Part shown: one piece after another, positions 44,596 to 53,527 of the stretch
Numbering within the stretch: the stretch's first letter is position 1
How the letters are laid out: each line of letters begins with the position of its first letter
Source: Dehalococcoidia bacterium
GTDB lineage: Bacteria; Chloroflexota; Dehalococcoidia; Lucifugimonadales; UBA1123
Length of the DNA: 64,000 bases
Assembly: GCA_965116415.1 (NCBI GenBank)
Contig: OZ220693.1
Span: forward strand, 2,220,753-2,284,752
Direction: 5' to 3'
Notes under the pieces: generated by a model
Databases searched by the model: none
What the model was told of the DNA's origin: nothing
The model's input: only the letters and a program-made list of their open reading frames with translations
Position numbers and translations under genes: made by a program

Positions 44596-45798
44596 CTATT
44601 CGGCGGTGACTTTCTCGCCTTCCAGCCCTTCGGTCTCCACCACCTGGGCGGCGCGCTCGTGCTGGTTGATGTTGCTCATCCTGGCGTCGTTGGCGCGCAG
44701 CCACGTCTCGCGGCTCTCGTTGACCCACTTGTACGAGTCGAGGTAGTCGTCGAGCAGGCCGTTGACCTGCGGGACGACGTACCGGGCGACGAGGTCCCAG
44801 CTACGGCGGGTGTTCTCGCGGTTCGCCCAGTCGTGGACGAAGCCGATGACGCAGCCGAAGCCGCCGGTCAGCTCCATCATGTCGTGGATCTTCGCGACGA
44901 GGTCGTCAGGCGTGCCGATGACCGCGGTGCTCTCATCGGAGAACGCGACGTCGTCGACAGCCTCGTCCGGTGTCTTGTAGATCGTCCCCTTGCCCGCGGC
45001 GAGAGTGCCGACGGTGTACTCGTTGTTGTGCCGCATCAGCCCGTCGCGCGCCTGCTCACGTGCCTCCTGGCGGGTCTCGGCGATGTGCCAGTTCATCACG
45101 ATGCGCCAGTCCTTGCGGTCGACCTTATTGCCGTGCTCGGCGGCCGACTCCTCGGCGAAGCTCCACTGGGTCGGGAGTGAGCGCATTCCGGCCTTGGTCA
45201 TGGAGCCGATTGAGAGGACTCCTGCCTCGTGCTTGCCGGCGAGGGTCATGCCTGACGGGGTCAGGATCGAGGCGACGGCGAACTCCATCTTCTCCTGGAA
45301 CGGCTTTAGCTGGAGCCTGGCATCGCGCAGGGTGAACCACTCGGACTCGTAGGTGAACCGGTCGTCGGTCTCGAACAGGCGGCGGATGACACCCATCGCC
45401 TCGTCCTGCCTGTCGCGCAGCACCATCGGGTCCATGCCCAGCGTGTGAGCATCTGACGGCAGCGCGCCGGGGCCGGACCCGAAGATCACGCGGCCCCTGG
45501 ACTGGTGGTCGAGCTGGACGAGTCGCTGAGCCACCATAAACGGGTGGTGATAAGGCAGCGACACGACGCCTGTGCCGAGCATGATCCTGTGAGTGCGCTC
45601 CGCAGCGGCCGCAAGGAAGACCTCCGGAGAGGCGATGATCTCCCACCCCGTTGAGTGGTGCTCACCGCACCAGAACTCGTCGTACCCGAGGTAGTCCATA
45701 AGCTGGACGAGCTCCAGGTTGCTCTGAAACTGAAGTGTGGGGTTTTCGCCTATGGGATGATGCGGCGCAAGAAACGCGCCAAAGCGCAGGGCAGGCAT
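44596..45798 (-). CDS. Luciferase-like (LLM class) flavin-dependent monooxygenase/oxidoreductase
   Basis: Start taken at MPALRFGAFLAPHHP (ATG 45798; the track ORF starts 11 codons upstream). ...LGYDEFWCGEHHS...RIMLGTGVVSLPYHHP.... Confidence 0.85.
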   Translation of the reverse strand: MPALRFGAFLAPHHPIGENPTLQFQSNLELVQLMDYLGYDEFWCGEHHSTGWEIIASPEVFLAAAAERTHRIMLGTGVVSLPYHHPFMVAQRLVQLDHQSRGRVIFGSGPGALPSDAHTLGMDPMVLRDRQDEAMGVIRRLFETDDRFTYESEWFTLRDARLQLKPFQEKMEFAVASILTPSGMTLAGKHEAGVLSIGSMTKAGMRSLPTQWSFAEESAAEHGNKVDRKDWRIVMNWHIAETRQEAREQARDGLMRHNNEYTVGTLAAGKGTIYKTPDEAVDDVAFSDESTAVIGTPDDLVAKIHDMMELTGGFGCVIGFVHDWANRENTRRSWDLVARYVVPQVNGLLDDYLDSYKWVNESRETWLRANDARMSNINQHERAAQVVETEGLEGEKVTAE

Positions 45799-45978
45799 GG
45801 TCTTCCTCTCAACCAGCTTAAAGCTGGACATATAGAACGTGGCTAGCAGTAGGACTCGACGAAGGTTATTGTAGCCGACGGTGGGGTGGCAAGTGGGGAG
45901 GCCTTCCGTCGTTCCGGCGAAGGCCGGAAACCAGAGGGGAGGTGAGCATCCCGTACAAGCTCAGGTGCCGACCAGCAG

Positions 45979-46044
45979 GCCCCCCTCTCCCTTGACGGGT
46001 CGGAGATGCGCTTTGGCGTAAGAGGGCTTGGGGTGAGGGTGAAG
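45979..46044 (-). repeat. Family-A element, inverted orientation, with an internal insertion
   Basis: The reverse complement reads ttcaccctcaccccaagccctcttacgccaaagcgcatctccgacccgtcaagggagaggggggc. Confidence 0.75.
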
Positions 46045-46147
46045 ACCTCGAACGCAAACCTCCCGAGTCCCGCATGGTACAATCATCGCGAACTAGTCTT
46101 TTGTCTAGTCAGTTCCTTTGATGACGAAACCAGTACTGGAGGAACGC

Positions 46148-46408
46148 ATGAGCAGGGTTTGGCAAGTTCAAGAAGCCAAGGCGCGATTTAGTGAGATGCT
46201 TGAGACGAGCCTCACGGAAGGGCCTCAGATTGTAACCAAGCGAGGTGTCGAGGCCGCCGTGTTAGTACCAATCGAGCAGTGGCGCCAAATGGAGAGGATG
46301 GCGAAGCCGAGTTTGAAGGACCTGTTACTTGCGCCGGAGGCTCGCACTGAGTCACTGACACCCCCTCGCAGAGAGCTTCCCAGGCGCGCTGTACCGCGCT
46401 TCGAGTAG
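46148..46408 (+). CDS. Phd/YefM-family antitoxin
   Basis: MSRVWQVQEAKARFSEMLETSLTEGPQIVTKRGVEAAVLVPIEQW. It is followed 5 nt later by a PIN toxin gene. Confidence 0.8.
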   Translation: MSRVWQVQEAKARFSEMLETSLTEGPQIVTKRGVEAAVLVPIEQWRQMERMAKPSLKDLLLAPEARTESLTPPRRELPRRAVPRFE

Positions 46409-46413
46409 GACTC

Positions 46414-46833
46414 GTGTACCTTCTCGACACCAACGTCGTTTCGGAGCTACGCCGCTCCAATCCACATCCATCGGTTCTTGATTGGATTCAACACACTCCC
46501 ACCGAGCATCTCTACCTATCAGCTGTCACCATAGGCGAGATTCAAGCAGGGATCGAAATCACACGGGAACAGGACGCAGCCAAGGCCGGAGAATTGGAAG
46601 CCTGGTTGGACCGGGTACTCAACAGCTACAGCATACTAGCCGTGGATTCAATAGCGTTTAGAGAGTGGGCCAAGCTGATGCACCATCAATCTCCCACCCT
46701 TACACAGGACGCTATGATCGCTGCAGTTGCCACAGTCCACAGGCTGATCGTGGTTACCAGGAACGTGCGTGACTTCGACAGGCTCGGCGTGCAGGTACTC
46801 AATCCGTTCGCCGGTCAAAATAGGAGTTCGTGA
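46414..46833 (+). CDS. vapC: PIN-domain toxin VapC (FitB-like)
   Basis: 139 aa with a GTG start. (V)YLLDTNVVSELRR...LSAVTIGEIQAGI...DAMIAAVATVHRLIVVTRNVRDF. Confidence 0.85.
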   Translation: MYLLDTNVVSELRRSNPHPSVLDWIQHTPTEHLYLSAVTIGEIQAGIEITREQDAAKAGELEAWLDRVLNSYSILAVDSIAFREWAKLMHHQSPTLTQDAMIAAVATVHRLIVVTRNVRDFDRLGVQVLNPFAGQNRSS

Positions 46834-46880
46834 CAATTCAGAAACACTCTAAGTGCACTTCTCCTATCCCCACCTGCTGA

Positions 46881-47162
46881 ATGGCCAAACACAATGTTGA
46901 TATGAGCCGACCAGATTCAATACCTACTGATTTACCTTCCCGCGGTCAAGCCATCTACGAGGAACAGATTCGACATCTGGTAGACCTTCAGCAGAAGGGT
47001 AAATTCGTCGTCATCGACATCTACAGCGGTGATTACGAGGTCCACGAGCGTGACGCAGATGCGGCGCGGACACTACTCAAGCGCCGACCGGATGCGGTGA
47101 CATGGGCAGTACGCGTGGGCTACCCAACACCGTACGTCTGGCTTGCTGCTCAGCCTAGTTAA
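46881..47162 (+). CDS. Small hypothetical protein (GKFVVIDIYSGDYEV-type; possibly DUF5678-like)
   Basis: 93 aa with coding-like composition. The motif resembles small proteins common in TA-rich islands. The family assignment is from memory and tentative. Confidence 0.45.
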   Translation: MAKHNVDMSRPDSIPTDLPSRGQAIYEEQIRHLVDLQQKGKFVVIDIYSGDYEVHERDADAARTLLKRRPDAVTWAVRVGYPTPYVWLAAQPS

Positions 47163-47593
47163 GCAGGCTCCGCCACGAATACAGGGATCTTCCGGCTTGT
47201 GCGCTCCTGGTACTCGGCGTAGGGCGGGAAGGCCTCGACTGCGATGTCCCACAGTCGGGCGCGCTCGCCGTCGTCCTCGACCTCCCGGACGGTCATCGAG
47301 TACACGTCGGTCTCATCTCGGATCTCGACACTGGCGTCGGCTCGGAGGTTGTACACCCACACCGGATGCGTCGGCGCTCCGCCTCTCGAGGCCACCAGCA
47401 CGTAGTTGTCTCCGTCCTTGACGCGCATCAGCGGCGTCTTGCGGATCGCGCCGGTCTTGTTTCCCCGGTTCGTGACGATGATGACGGGCAGTCCAGTCTC
47501 CCGGAGAGTCGTGCCCTCGGTGCCTCCGCTGCCCTCGTACTGCTCGACCTGATCGCGTACCCACTCAGTGGGTGAGGGTATGTATTCAGCCAT
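47159..47593 (-). CDS. Deazaflavin (F420)-dependent nitroreductase family protein (DDN/PNPOx-like split barrel)
   Basis: 144 aa. ...LPVIIVTNRGNKTGAIRKTPLMRVKDGDNYVLVASRGGAPTHPVWVYNL...VREVEDDGERARLW.... Confidence 0.8.
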   Translation of the reverse strand: MAEYIPSPTEWVRDQVEQYEGSGGTEGTTLRETGLPVIIVTNRGNKTGAIRKTPLMRVKDGDNYVLVASRGGAPTHPVWVYNLRADASVEIRDETDVYSMTVREVEDDGERARLWDIAVEAFPPYAEYQERTSRKIPVFVAEPA

Positions 47594-47818
47594 GGTTGTG
47601 TGTGCCTCCTGAGTTGGTGGTGGTTGGGGGTCATGATAGCTGGAATTGGGGCTGCGCTCTACTATCTTTGTTGATCACCGTAGGTTCACGAGAGTCGAGA
47701 AAGACCCCAGCGAACGCATTCTCGCTGTTCGCCTGTTCTCCCCCGTCCGAGTGCCGGAAGGACACATGGCTCAAGTCCTGACGCTGTTATAATCACATAC
47801 GAGACCGGGAGGGCGAAC

Positions 47819-48361
47819 ATGGTCACGACACCAAAGCTGACCTACCAGGACTATGCCAACCTCGAGGGTGACGAACGTTATGAACTCCTCGACGGAGAGT
47901 TGATTTTGGTTGCAGCGCCCAACGAGGACCATCAGACCGTCAGCCTGCGGATGATAGTGCGGATGAACAGTTTCGTGGAGGAGCGCCACTTGGGCCGCAT
48001 CTTTCACGCCCCATACGATGTTCTGTTCAGCGACACCGAGGTCGTGCAGCCTGATCTGCTGTTCGTCTCGACGGAGAGGGACCATATAAGGACACCAGCC
48101 AACATCCAGGGAGCGCCCGACCTGATCGTCGAGATTCTGTCGCCTTCGTCGTCACGGCGTGACTGGCGTGATAAGCGTGAGCTGTATGCAAGGCATGGCG
48201 TGCTGGAGTACTGGATAATCGACCCGACGAACAGGTTAGTGTCGGTCATGCAACTTCAGGACGGTGTCCTGGAGATCGAACAGACCTGCGCAGAGGGCGA
48301 CGTGGCAACGTCCACGGTCTTGGATGGCTTTGGGGTCAGCCTGGACGAGATCTTTTCGTAG
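47819..48361 (+). CDS. Uma2-family (DUF820) restriction-endonuclease-fold protein
   Basis: 180 aa. ...YELLDGELILVAAPNEDHQ...VVQPDLLFVS...APDLIVEILSPSS...DKRELYARHGVLEYWIIDP. Confidence 0.85.
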   Translation: MVTTPKLTYQDYANLEGDERYELLDGELILVAAPNEDHQTVSLRMIVRMNSFVEERHLGRIFHAPYDVLFSDTEVVQPDLLFVSTERDHIRTPANIQGAPDLIVEILSPSSSRRDWRDKRELYARHGVLEYWIIDPTNRLVSVMQLQDGVLEIEQTCAEGDVATSTVLDGFGVSLDEIFS

Positions 48362-48374
48362 GTGCGACTGCCGG

Positions 48375-48612
48375 AGTCGGCCGAGGACGACCGACTGGAG
48401 ATCGACTTCCCACAGGCGGGCTCACCGTCGTTCCCGACCTCCTGCGGGGTCATTGAGTACACGTCGGTCTCGTCGCGAATCTCGACGCAACCAGCACGTA
48501 GTTATCTCCGTTCTTGACGCACATCAGCGGCGTCTTGCGGATGGTGCCGGCCTTGTTCCCCGGTGTATCACGATGACAGACAGGCCAGCCTCCCGAAGCG
48601 TTGTGCTCTCCG
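48375..48612 (-). pseudogene. Degraded paralogue of the DDN-family gene (internal deletion plus frameshifts)
   Basis: The DNA is collinear with 47230..47530. The remnant encodes GNKAGTIRKTPLMCVKNGDNYVLVAS, then jumps (RGGAPTHPVWVYNLRADAS is missing) to EIRDETDVYSMTPQEVGNDGEP in another frame. Confidence 0.75.
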
Positions 48613-48756
48613 CGTTCTTAATCGCATTGCAACAAATGTGCTGTGCCACTAAATCTAGTATGCCAATCTTCGCATTCTCACCACCTACCACCTAAATTCC
48701 CTCTGGAACTGACTTTGAAGGAAGGCAGTAAGAGGTAACACGGGAGTCTTCACCCG

Positions 48757-49830
48757 ATGAATAAGTTTCAAGAGATGTTTGAGTCCGCACTAGAAGAGAG
48801 TCTCAATGCTGCTGACTACGATGTCAGCGAAGTTGATCTAGGACTAGCGCTGGCCGACGAAATACCGGAACTTGTCGAATCAACTGCCGAGACAGTTTTG
48901 GCAGTTATCAAGAGGGATGCACTTTCCGGACAGAAAGCCAAGTGGCAATATCAGCAGCAGTTTGAAGAGAGACTTAGGAAACACTGGCAGAAGCCATTGG
49001 ATCTCCTTGACCTGTTTATCTCTATAGCGACTGAAGCGGGCGATATGTTCAATAGCGAGTTCCGCAGGAATGCCGTGGAAGATGGTGACGCCACATTCGA
49101 AGCCCTCGTTAGACTGCACGCCAGAGCGTGCCAAGTCTCAGCAGCGACCCTTGTACTTTTGCGCGCTGGCTATGCAGACGACGCTCATGCGAGGTGGAGG
49201 TCCCTTCATGAGATTTCAGTCGTCAGTTACATCATCAGCCAGTGTGGACAGGAACTGGCTGAGAGGTACCTGCTCCACGAGACCATACAGCAGTACAAAT
49301 TGGCACAGAACCATCAGATGTACGCCGAGCGGATCAATGAAAGACCAATCTCACAGGACGAGTTTGACTTGCTCAAGGAAGAACGGGATCTACTCATCGA
49401 ACGATTCGGCACCTCATTCAAGGAAGAATATGGTTGGGCATCAACAGCGATCGGGAAAAACCGCCCAACCATTAGGGATATTGAGGAGCACGTTGGCCTA
49501 GACCACATGAGGCCATACTATAGGATGGCCAGCGACAATGTTCACGCAAACTCGCATGCTGCATACTTCCGGATGGGGCTAGACCCTGATGATGAACAGG
49601 TGCTCCTTGCTGGTGCGAGCAATATGGGCCTCGCGGACCCTGGTCACTCAACCGCTATTTCATTGTGTCAGATAACCACTAATCTGCTCATAGGCAGATC
49701 GAATCTTGACGGATTAATTGTATCTAGAGTTCTCTCGATGTTGATGGAGGAGATTGGACAAGCGTTCAGCGAAGCACACCACGACCTAGAGTTGTCCGCC
49801 CAAGCTGACGCCTCCAGCGACAATCTTTAA
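48757..49830 (+). CDS. Hypothetical protein, tentatively DUF5677-like
   Basis: 357 aa in a lower-G+C islet. The central ...LVRLHARACQVSAATLVLLRAGYADDAHARWRSLHEISVVSYII... resembles the DUF5677 core as I remember it. Confidence 0.5.
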   Translation: MNKFQEMFESALEESLNAADYDVSEVDLGLALADEIPELVESTAETVLAVIKRDALSGQKAKWQYQQQFEERLRKHWQKPLDLLDLFISIATEAGDMFNSEFRRNAVEDGDATFEALVRLHARACQVSAATLVLLRAGYADDAHARWRSLHEISVVSYIISQCGQELAERYLLHETIQQYKLAQNHQMYAERINERPISQDEFDLLKEERDLLIERFGTSFKEEYGWASTAIGKNRPTIRDIEEHVGLDHMRPYYRMASDNVHANSHAAYFRMGLDPDDEQVLLAGASNMGLADPGHSTAISLCQITTNLLIGRSNLDGLIVSRVLSMLMEEIGQAFSEAHHDLELSAQADASSDNL

Positions 49831-49909
49831 CTCAACCAGATTGGGACCTCGCAGGTTGGAATAGGACGCCCGGCCTAGTGCGATCTGTAAACTACTCGGG
49901 GAGTTCGAC

Positions 49910-50809
49910 ATGAATGGATTAAACTTCAACGCGATAGATGTTGAGACGGCCAATGCTGACCGTTCGTCAATCTGCCAGATCGGGATAGTGCATGTCCGGG
50001 ACGGACAGATACGCGACAAGTGGGTGTCCCTAGTCGACCCGGAAGCTTGGTTCGACGCTTGGAACGTAGGTATCCACAGGATAACAGAGGAGTTGGTCAA
50101 TGATGCACCAACCCTGCCAGCATTGGAGAGCGACCTCCGCTCCCGACTCGGCGAGTCAGTTGTCGTCAGTCACACCTCCTTTGACCGCGTGGCTATCGAA
50201 CGCGCCATGGGAAAATACGGGTTGATGCAGCCTAAGATTACGTGGCTCGACAGTGCCAAGGTCGTTCGTCGCGCATGGCCAGACCGCTACTACCACAGGG
50301 GCTATGGGCTGGCCTCGGTCGCCAGGGACTTGGGGATAACTTTTCAGCATCATGATGCCCTTGAGGATGCCACCGTAGCGGCAGAGATTGTGCTTCGAGC
50401 CTCAAGTGAAACTGGCCTAGATACAGCCGGGTGGCTCGAACGTACCGAAGGGCGCATCCTACCAGGGGGAGAAAGCGTACCAGACGCGGGGCGGGGCAAG
50501 CGCATCCAGATTGGCGATCCGAGCCCGGACGGAGACCTCTTTGGAGAGACAGTGGTATTCACCGGAAGCCTGAGTGTATCTCGCCAACAGGCCGTTGACC
50601 TAGCGACTCTGGCGGGATGTAAGGTCCGGGGCTCAGTGACGAATCGCACCACGATACTAGTAGTGGGGGTGCAGGACAAAGAAAGGTTAAATGGATACAC
50701 CAAGAGCTCGAAGCACAGAAAGGCTGAGAGTCTTGTCAGCAAAGGTGCTGGTATACAGATTCTATCCGAAGCAGACTTTCATGCGATGCTCAGTGGCAGA
50801 AACAGTTAA
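49910..50809 (+). CDS. DEDD-family 3'-5' exonuclease (DnaQ/epsilon-like) fused to a C-terminal BRCT domain
   Basis: ExoI is AIDVETAN, ExoII is VVSHTSFDRVAI and ExoIII is HHDALEDATVAAEIVL. The BRCT-like region is GETVVFTGSLSVSRQQAVDLATLAGCKVRGSVTNRTTILVVG. Confidence 0.8.
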   Translation: MNGLNFNAIDVETANADRSSICQIGIVHVRDGQIRDKWVSLVDPEAWFDAWNVGIHRITEELVNDAPTLPALESDLRSRLGESVVVSHTSFDRVAIERAMGKYGLMQPKITWLDSAKVVRRAWPDRYYHRGYGLASVARDLGITFQHHDALEDATVAAEIVLRASSETGLDTAGWLERTEGRILPGGESVPDAGRGKRIQIGDPSPDGDLFGETVVFTGSLSVSRQQAVDLATLAGCKVRGSVTNRTTILVVGVQDKERLNGYTKSSKHRKAESLVSKGAGIQILSEADFHAMLSGRNS

Positions 50810-50937
50810 CCATCGAAGGTCACATTAAGATGATAGCCCCAACATTTGTCTAGGCCCAATTCTTGAGCGACTGAACGACGCCCTGATATGGTACTTACAA
50901 TCCTTGGCAGCGCATTCCAGGAGCGCAAAGGAGTGGG

Positions 50938-51141
50938 GTGATGACGACCGTATCGGAATTGCAGGACGCCATACTGGGCCTGTCCGAGGCCGACTACTCT
51001 GAGCTGCGCCGCTGGCTGCTTGATCAGGACTGGGACAGATGGGAGCGGGAGTTTGATGAGGACGTGAGGGCTGGCAAGCTAGATGCCCTGGCGGCCGAGG
51101 CATTGGAAGCCAAGGCAAGAGGCGAGTTGACGGACCTATAG
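50938..51141 (+). CDS. Small antitoxin-like protein (addiction-module component type)
   Basis: 67 aa and acidic. ...VSELQDAILGLSEADYSELRRWLLD.... It is followed immediately by a RelE/ParE-like gene. Confidence 0.55.
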   Translation: MMTTVSELQDAILGLSEADYSELRRWLLDQDWDRWEREFDEDVRAGKLDALAAEALEAKARGELTDL

Positions 51142-51396
51142 TTGCACAGAACAAACCCTCACTTCTGGCGGCGATTCGAGGAACTGCCTCCCGCAGTGCA
51201 ACGGACTGCCCACCGGAACTTCGAGCTGTTGAAGTCGAACCCCAGACATCCGTCCTTGAGATTCAGGAATGTCGGACGCTTCTGGTCCGCGCGGATCGGC
51301 GCTGCCCATAGGGCGGTGGCACTTAAAGACGGCGACGACTTCATTTGGTTCTGGGTCGGCGACCACGACGAGTACATACGGATCATTCGTGGGTAG
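51142..51396 (+). CDS. RelE/ParE-superfamily toxin-like protein
   Basis: 84 aa with a TTG start abutting the upstream stop. ...FWRRFEELPPAVQRTAHRNFELLKSNPRHPSLRFRNVGRFWSARIGAAHRAVALKDGDDFIWFWVGDHDEY is a recurrent toxin-family pattern. Confidence 0.6.
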   Translation: MHRTNPHFWRRFEELPPAVQRTAHRNFELLKSNPRHPSLRFRNVGRFWSARIGAAHRAVALKDGDDFIWFWVGDHDEYIRIIRG

Positions 51397-51495
51397 CCAA
51401 ATCCCGGCCATCACGACAAACCGACGAATCATAGTTCAGACATCTGTGCCCCCTCGCGTGCTTCGTGGATGACCCGAACACCCCCACGCCCCTCT

Positions 51496-51522
51496 AGATT
51501 CCCGCTTTCGCGGGAATGACGG
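51496..51522 (+). repeat. Family-B hairpin element
   Basis: agattcccgctttcgcgggaatgacgg. Confidence 0.85.
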
Positions 51523-51579
51523 TGGCGCCGTCTGTAGTCACTTCCCAGTCTTGGACATCGAGTCTGCTCCAAAATCGAG

Positions 51580-51609
51580 TTGACTGTCGTTTAGTCTCGT
51601 TACTAGAAT
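51580..51609 (+). promoter_or_regulatory. Putative sigma-70-type promoter of the rplU operon
   Basis: TTGACT (51580-85), an 18-nt spacer, then TAGAAT (51604-09). It lies ~27 nt upstream of the rplU GTG, and an AGAGG Shine-Dalgarno sequence lies in between. Confidence 0.4.
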
Positions 51610-51636
51610 AGTGCTGTTGTCCAAGAGGTTTTTACA

Positions 51637-52020
51637 GTGGCTAACTACGCTATCGTCCACACAGGCGGGAAACAGTACAGGGTAACCACCGGAGACACCA
51701 TCCGCGTGGAGTCGATACCCGGCGACTTAGGTGACACGGTCGAGCTGACCGATGTCCGTATGCTGTCGCAGGATGGGCAGGTCACGCTCGGCGCCCCCAC
51801 CGTGGACGGCGCTCGCGTCGTCACCGAGATCACTGACAGCGGCAAGGGAAAGAAGATCGTCGTCTTCAAGTACAAGTCCAAGGTCCGGTACCGCAGGAAG
51901 AAGGGACACCGTCAGCTGTTCACTGACCTGACTGTGACCGACATTCTGATGGACGATGACGACTTGGTGGATGATGACGCCGAAGTAGAAGTCGAAGAGG
52001 ATCCGGGCGAGGACTCCTAA
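51637..52020 (+). CDS. rplU: 50S ribosomal protein L21, with an acidic C-terminal tail
   Basis: (M)[24 protein letters not shown]...[21 protein letters not shown], followed by ...[25 protein letters not shown] start. Confidence 0.95.
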   Translation: MANYAIVHTGGKQYRVTTGDTIRVESIPGDLGDTVELTDVRMLSQDGQVTLGAPTVDGARVVTEITDSGKGKKIVVFKYKSKVRYRRKKGHRQLFTDLTVTDILMDDDDLVDDDAEVEVEEDPGEDS

Positions 52021-52040
52021 GCTACCAACGGAGGTCTAGC

Positions 52041-52301
52041 ATGGCACACAAGAAGGGCGGCGGAAGCACCCGAAACGGCCGAGACAGCAATTCCAAGCGT
52101 CTCGGCGTCAAGCGTTACGACAACGAGATGGTGAGCGCGGGCACTATCATCGTCCGCCAGCGCGGCACTCGCATCCACCCCGGCAACAACGTCGGCGTCG
52201 GCAAGGACCACACGCTGTTCTCGCTAGTAGACGGCTCGGTCAAGTTCGAGTTCGCCCGGCAGGGCCGCAAGGTCGCCAGCGTCTACCCGGTGGGAGGCTA
52301 G
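52041..52301 (+). CDS. rpmA: 50S ribosomal protein L27
   Basis: [52 protein letters not shown]. Confidence 0.97.
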   Translation: MAHKKGGGSTRNGRDSNSKRLGVKRYDNEMVSAGTIIVRQRGTRIHPGNNVGVGKDHTLFSLVDGSVKFEFARQGRKVASVYPVGG

Positions 52302-52306
52302 TTGAA

Positions 52307-52519
52307 TTGAAGACTGGAATCCACCCTGAGTACTATGCCGAGGCGACGGTTATCTGCAGCTGCGGTCACAGCTACGTGACCGGGGCGACCAAGCCTGAGC
52401 TGCGGGTCGAGATCTGCTCGCAATGCCACCCGTTCTTCACCGGCGAGCAGCGCATCGTCGACACCGAGGGGCGCGTTGAGCGGCTGATGCGCAGGTTCAA
52501 CCTCCAGCAGCAGCAGTAG
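52307..52519 (+). CDS. rpmE: 50S ribosomal protein L31 (Zn-ribbon type: CxxH...CxxC)
   Basis: (M)[66 protein letters not shown] start 9 nt after GGGAGG. Confidence 0.93.
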   Translation: MKTGIHPEYYAEATVICSCGHSYVTGATKPELRVEICSQCHPFFTGEQRIVDTEGRVERLMRRFNLQQQQ

Positions 52520-52548
52520 TCCCCCAAGACAACCCGAAAGAGGACGAA

Positions 52549-52582
52549 GGGGTGGGACCAGATGTCTCACCCCTTTTCTTTT
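52549..52582 (+). terminator. Rho-independent terminator after rpmE
   Basis: ggggtgggac (52549-58) pairs with gtctcacccc (52564-73) to form a 10-bp stem (one G-U pair) with loop cagat. It is followed by ttttctttt. Confidence 0.7.
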
Positions 52583-52590
52583 GTGAATAG

Positions 52591-53511
52591 ATGACAACGC
52601 AGAACAGACCGACATACGGCGGACAGGCGGTGCTCGAGGGGGTGATGATCCGCGGTCAGACGCACATGGCTGTCGCCGTGCGGCGTCCGAACGGCGCGAT
52701 CGCGACCCACCTCAGGCCGCTCAGCACGCTCTATACAGGCACGCTCAGGCGTCTCCCGCTGGTCAGGGGTGTCATAACCCTCGTCGAGACGCTGAGCCTG
52801 GGTATGAGGGCGTTGAGCTATTCGTCCAGTGTCAGCCTGGAAGACCCGGAGGCCGACCCGGACTCTGAGGTCGAGTCGGAAGAGCTCAGCAAGGGCGCGC
52901 TGGCCAGCATGCTGCTGATCTCGTTCGGGTTCGCGATACTGCTGTTCTTCCTGCTGCCGCTGTTCGCGAGCCGCCCGCTGGAGGGCGCGTTCGGCAACGA
53001 CATACTTTCGAACATCGCAGAGGGCGCGATCAGGCTGGTCGTGTTCGTCGCCTACATCTGGGTGATCGGACGGATGCCCGAGATCAGGCGCGTGTTCATG
53101 TACCACGGCGCGGAGCACATGACGGTGCACGCCCAGGAGCGCGGCGATCCGCTGGAGACCGAAGCGATCAGGAAGTACTCGCCGGCGCACCCAAGATGCG
53201 GCACGGCGTTCCTGCTGACGGTCATGGTGGTCGCGATACTAGTGTTCGTGTTCGTGCCGAGAGAGCCGCTGTGGTGGCTGATAGCGTCGCGGATCGTGTT
53301 CATCCCGCTGATCGCGGCCGTCGCCTACGAGGTGATCAGGTTGAGCGGCAGGTACGAGGACAACCCGCTGGTCAGCCTCATCAGCACACCCAACCTGCTG
53401 CTCCAGAAGCTCACAACCCGCTGGCCCGACGACGACCAGATTGAGGTAGCCGTCGCCGCCATGAATACCGCGCTGGAGGCGGACAGGGAGATTGCTTCAC
53501 AGTCCTCCTGA
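52591..53511 (+). CDS. DUF1385-domain membrane protein
   Basis: 306 aa. ...YGGQAVLEGVMIRG...GAEHMTVHA...HPRCGTAFLL... is the hallmark of DUF1385. Confidence 0.85.
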   Translation: MTTQNRPTYGGQAVLEGVMIRGQTHMAVAVRRPNGAIATHLRPLSTLYTGTLRRLPLVRGVITLVETLSLGMRALSYSSSVSLEDPEADPDSEVESEELSKGALASMLLISFGFAILLFFLLPLFASRPLEGAFGNDILSNIAEGAIRLVVFVAYIWVIGRMPEIRRVFMYHGAEHMTVHAQERGDPLETEAIRKYSPAHPRCGTAFLLTVMVVAILVFVFVPREPLWWLIASRIVFIPLIAAVAYEVIRLSGRYEDNPLVSLISTPNLLLQKLTTRWPDDDQIEVAVAAMNTALEADREIASQSS

Positions 53512-53527
53512 TTGGTTGGAGACTGAG

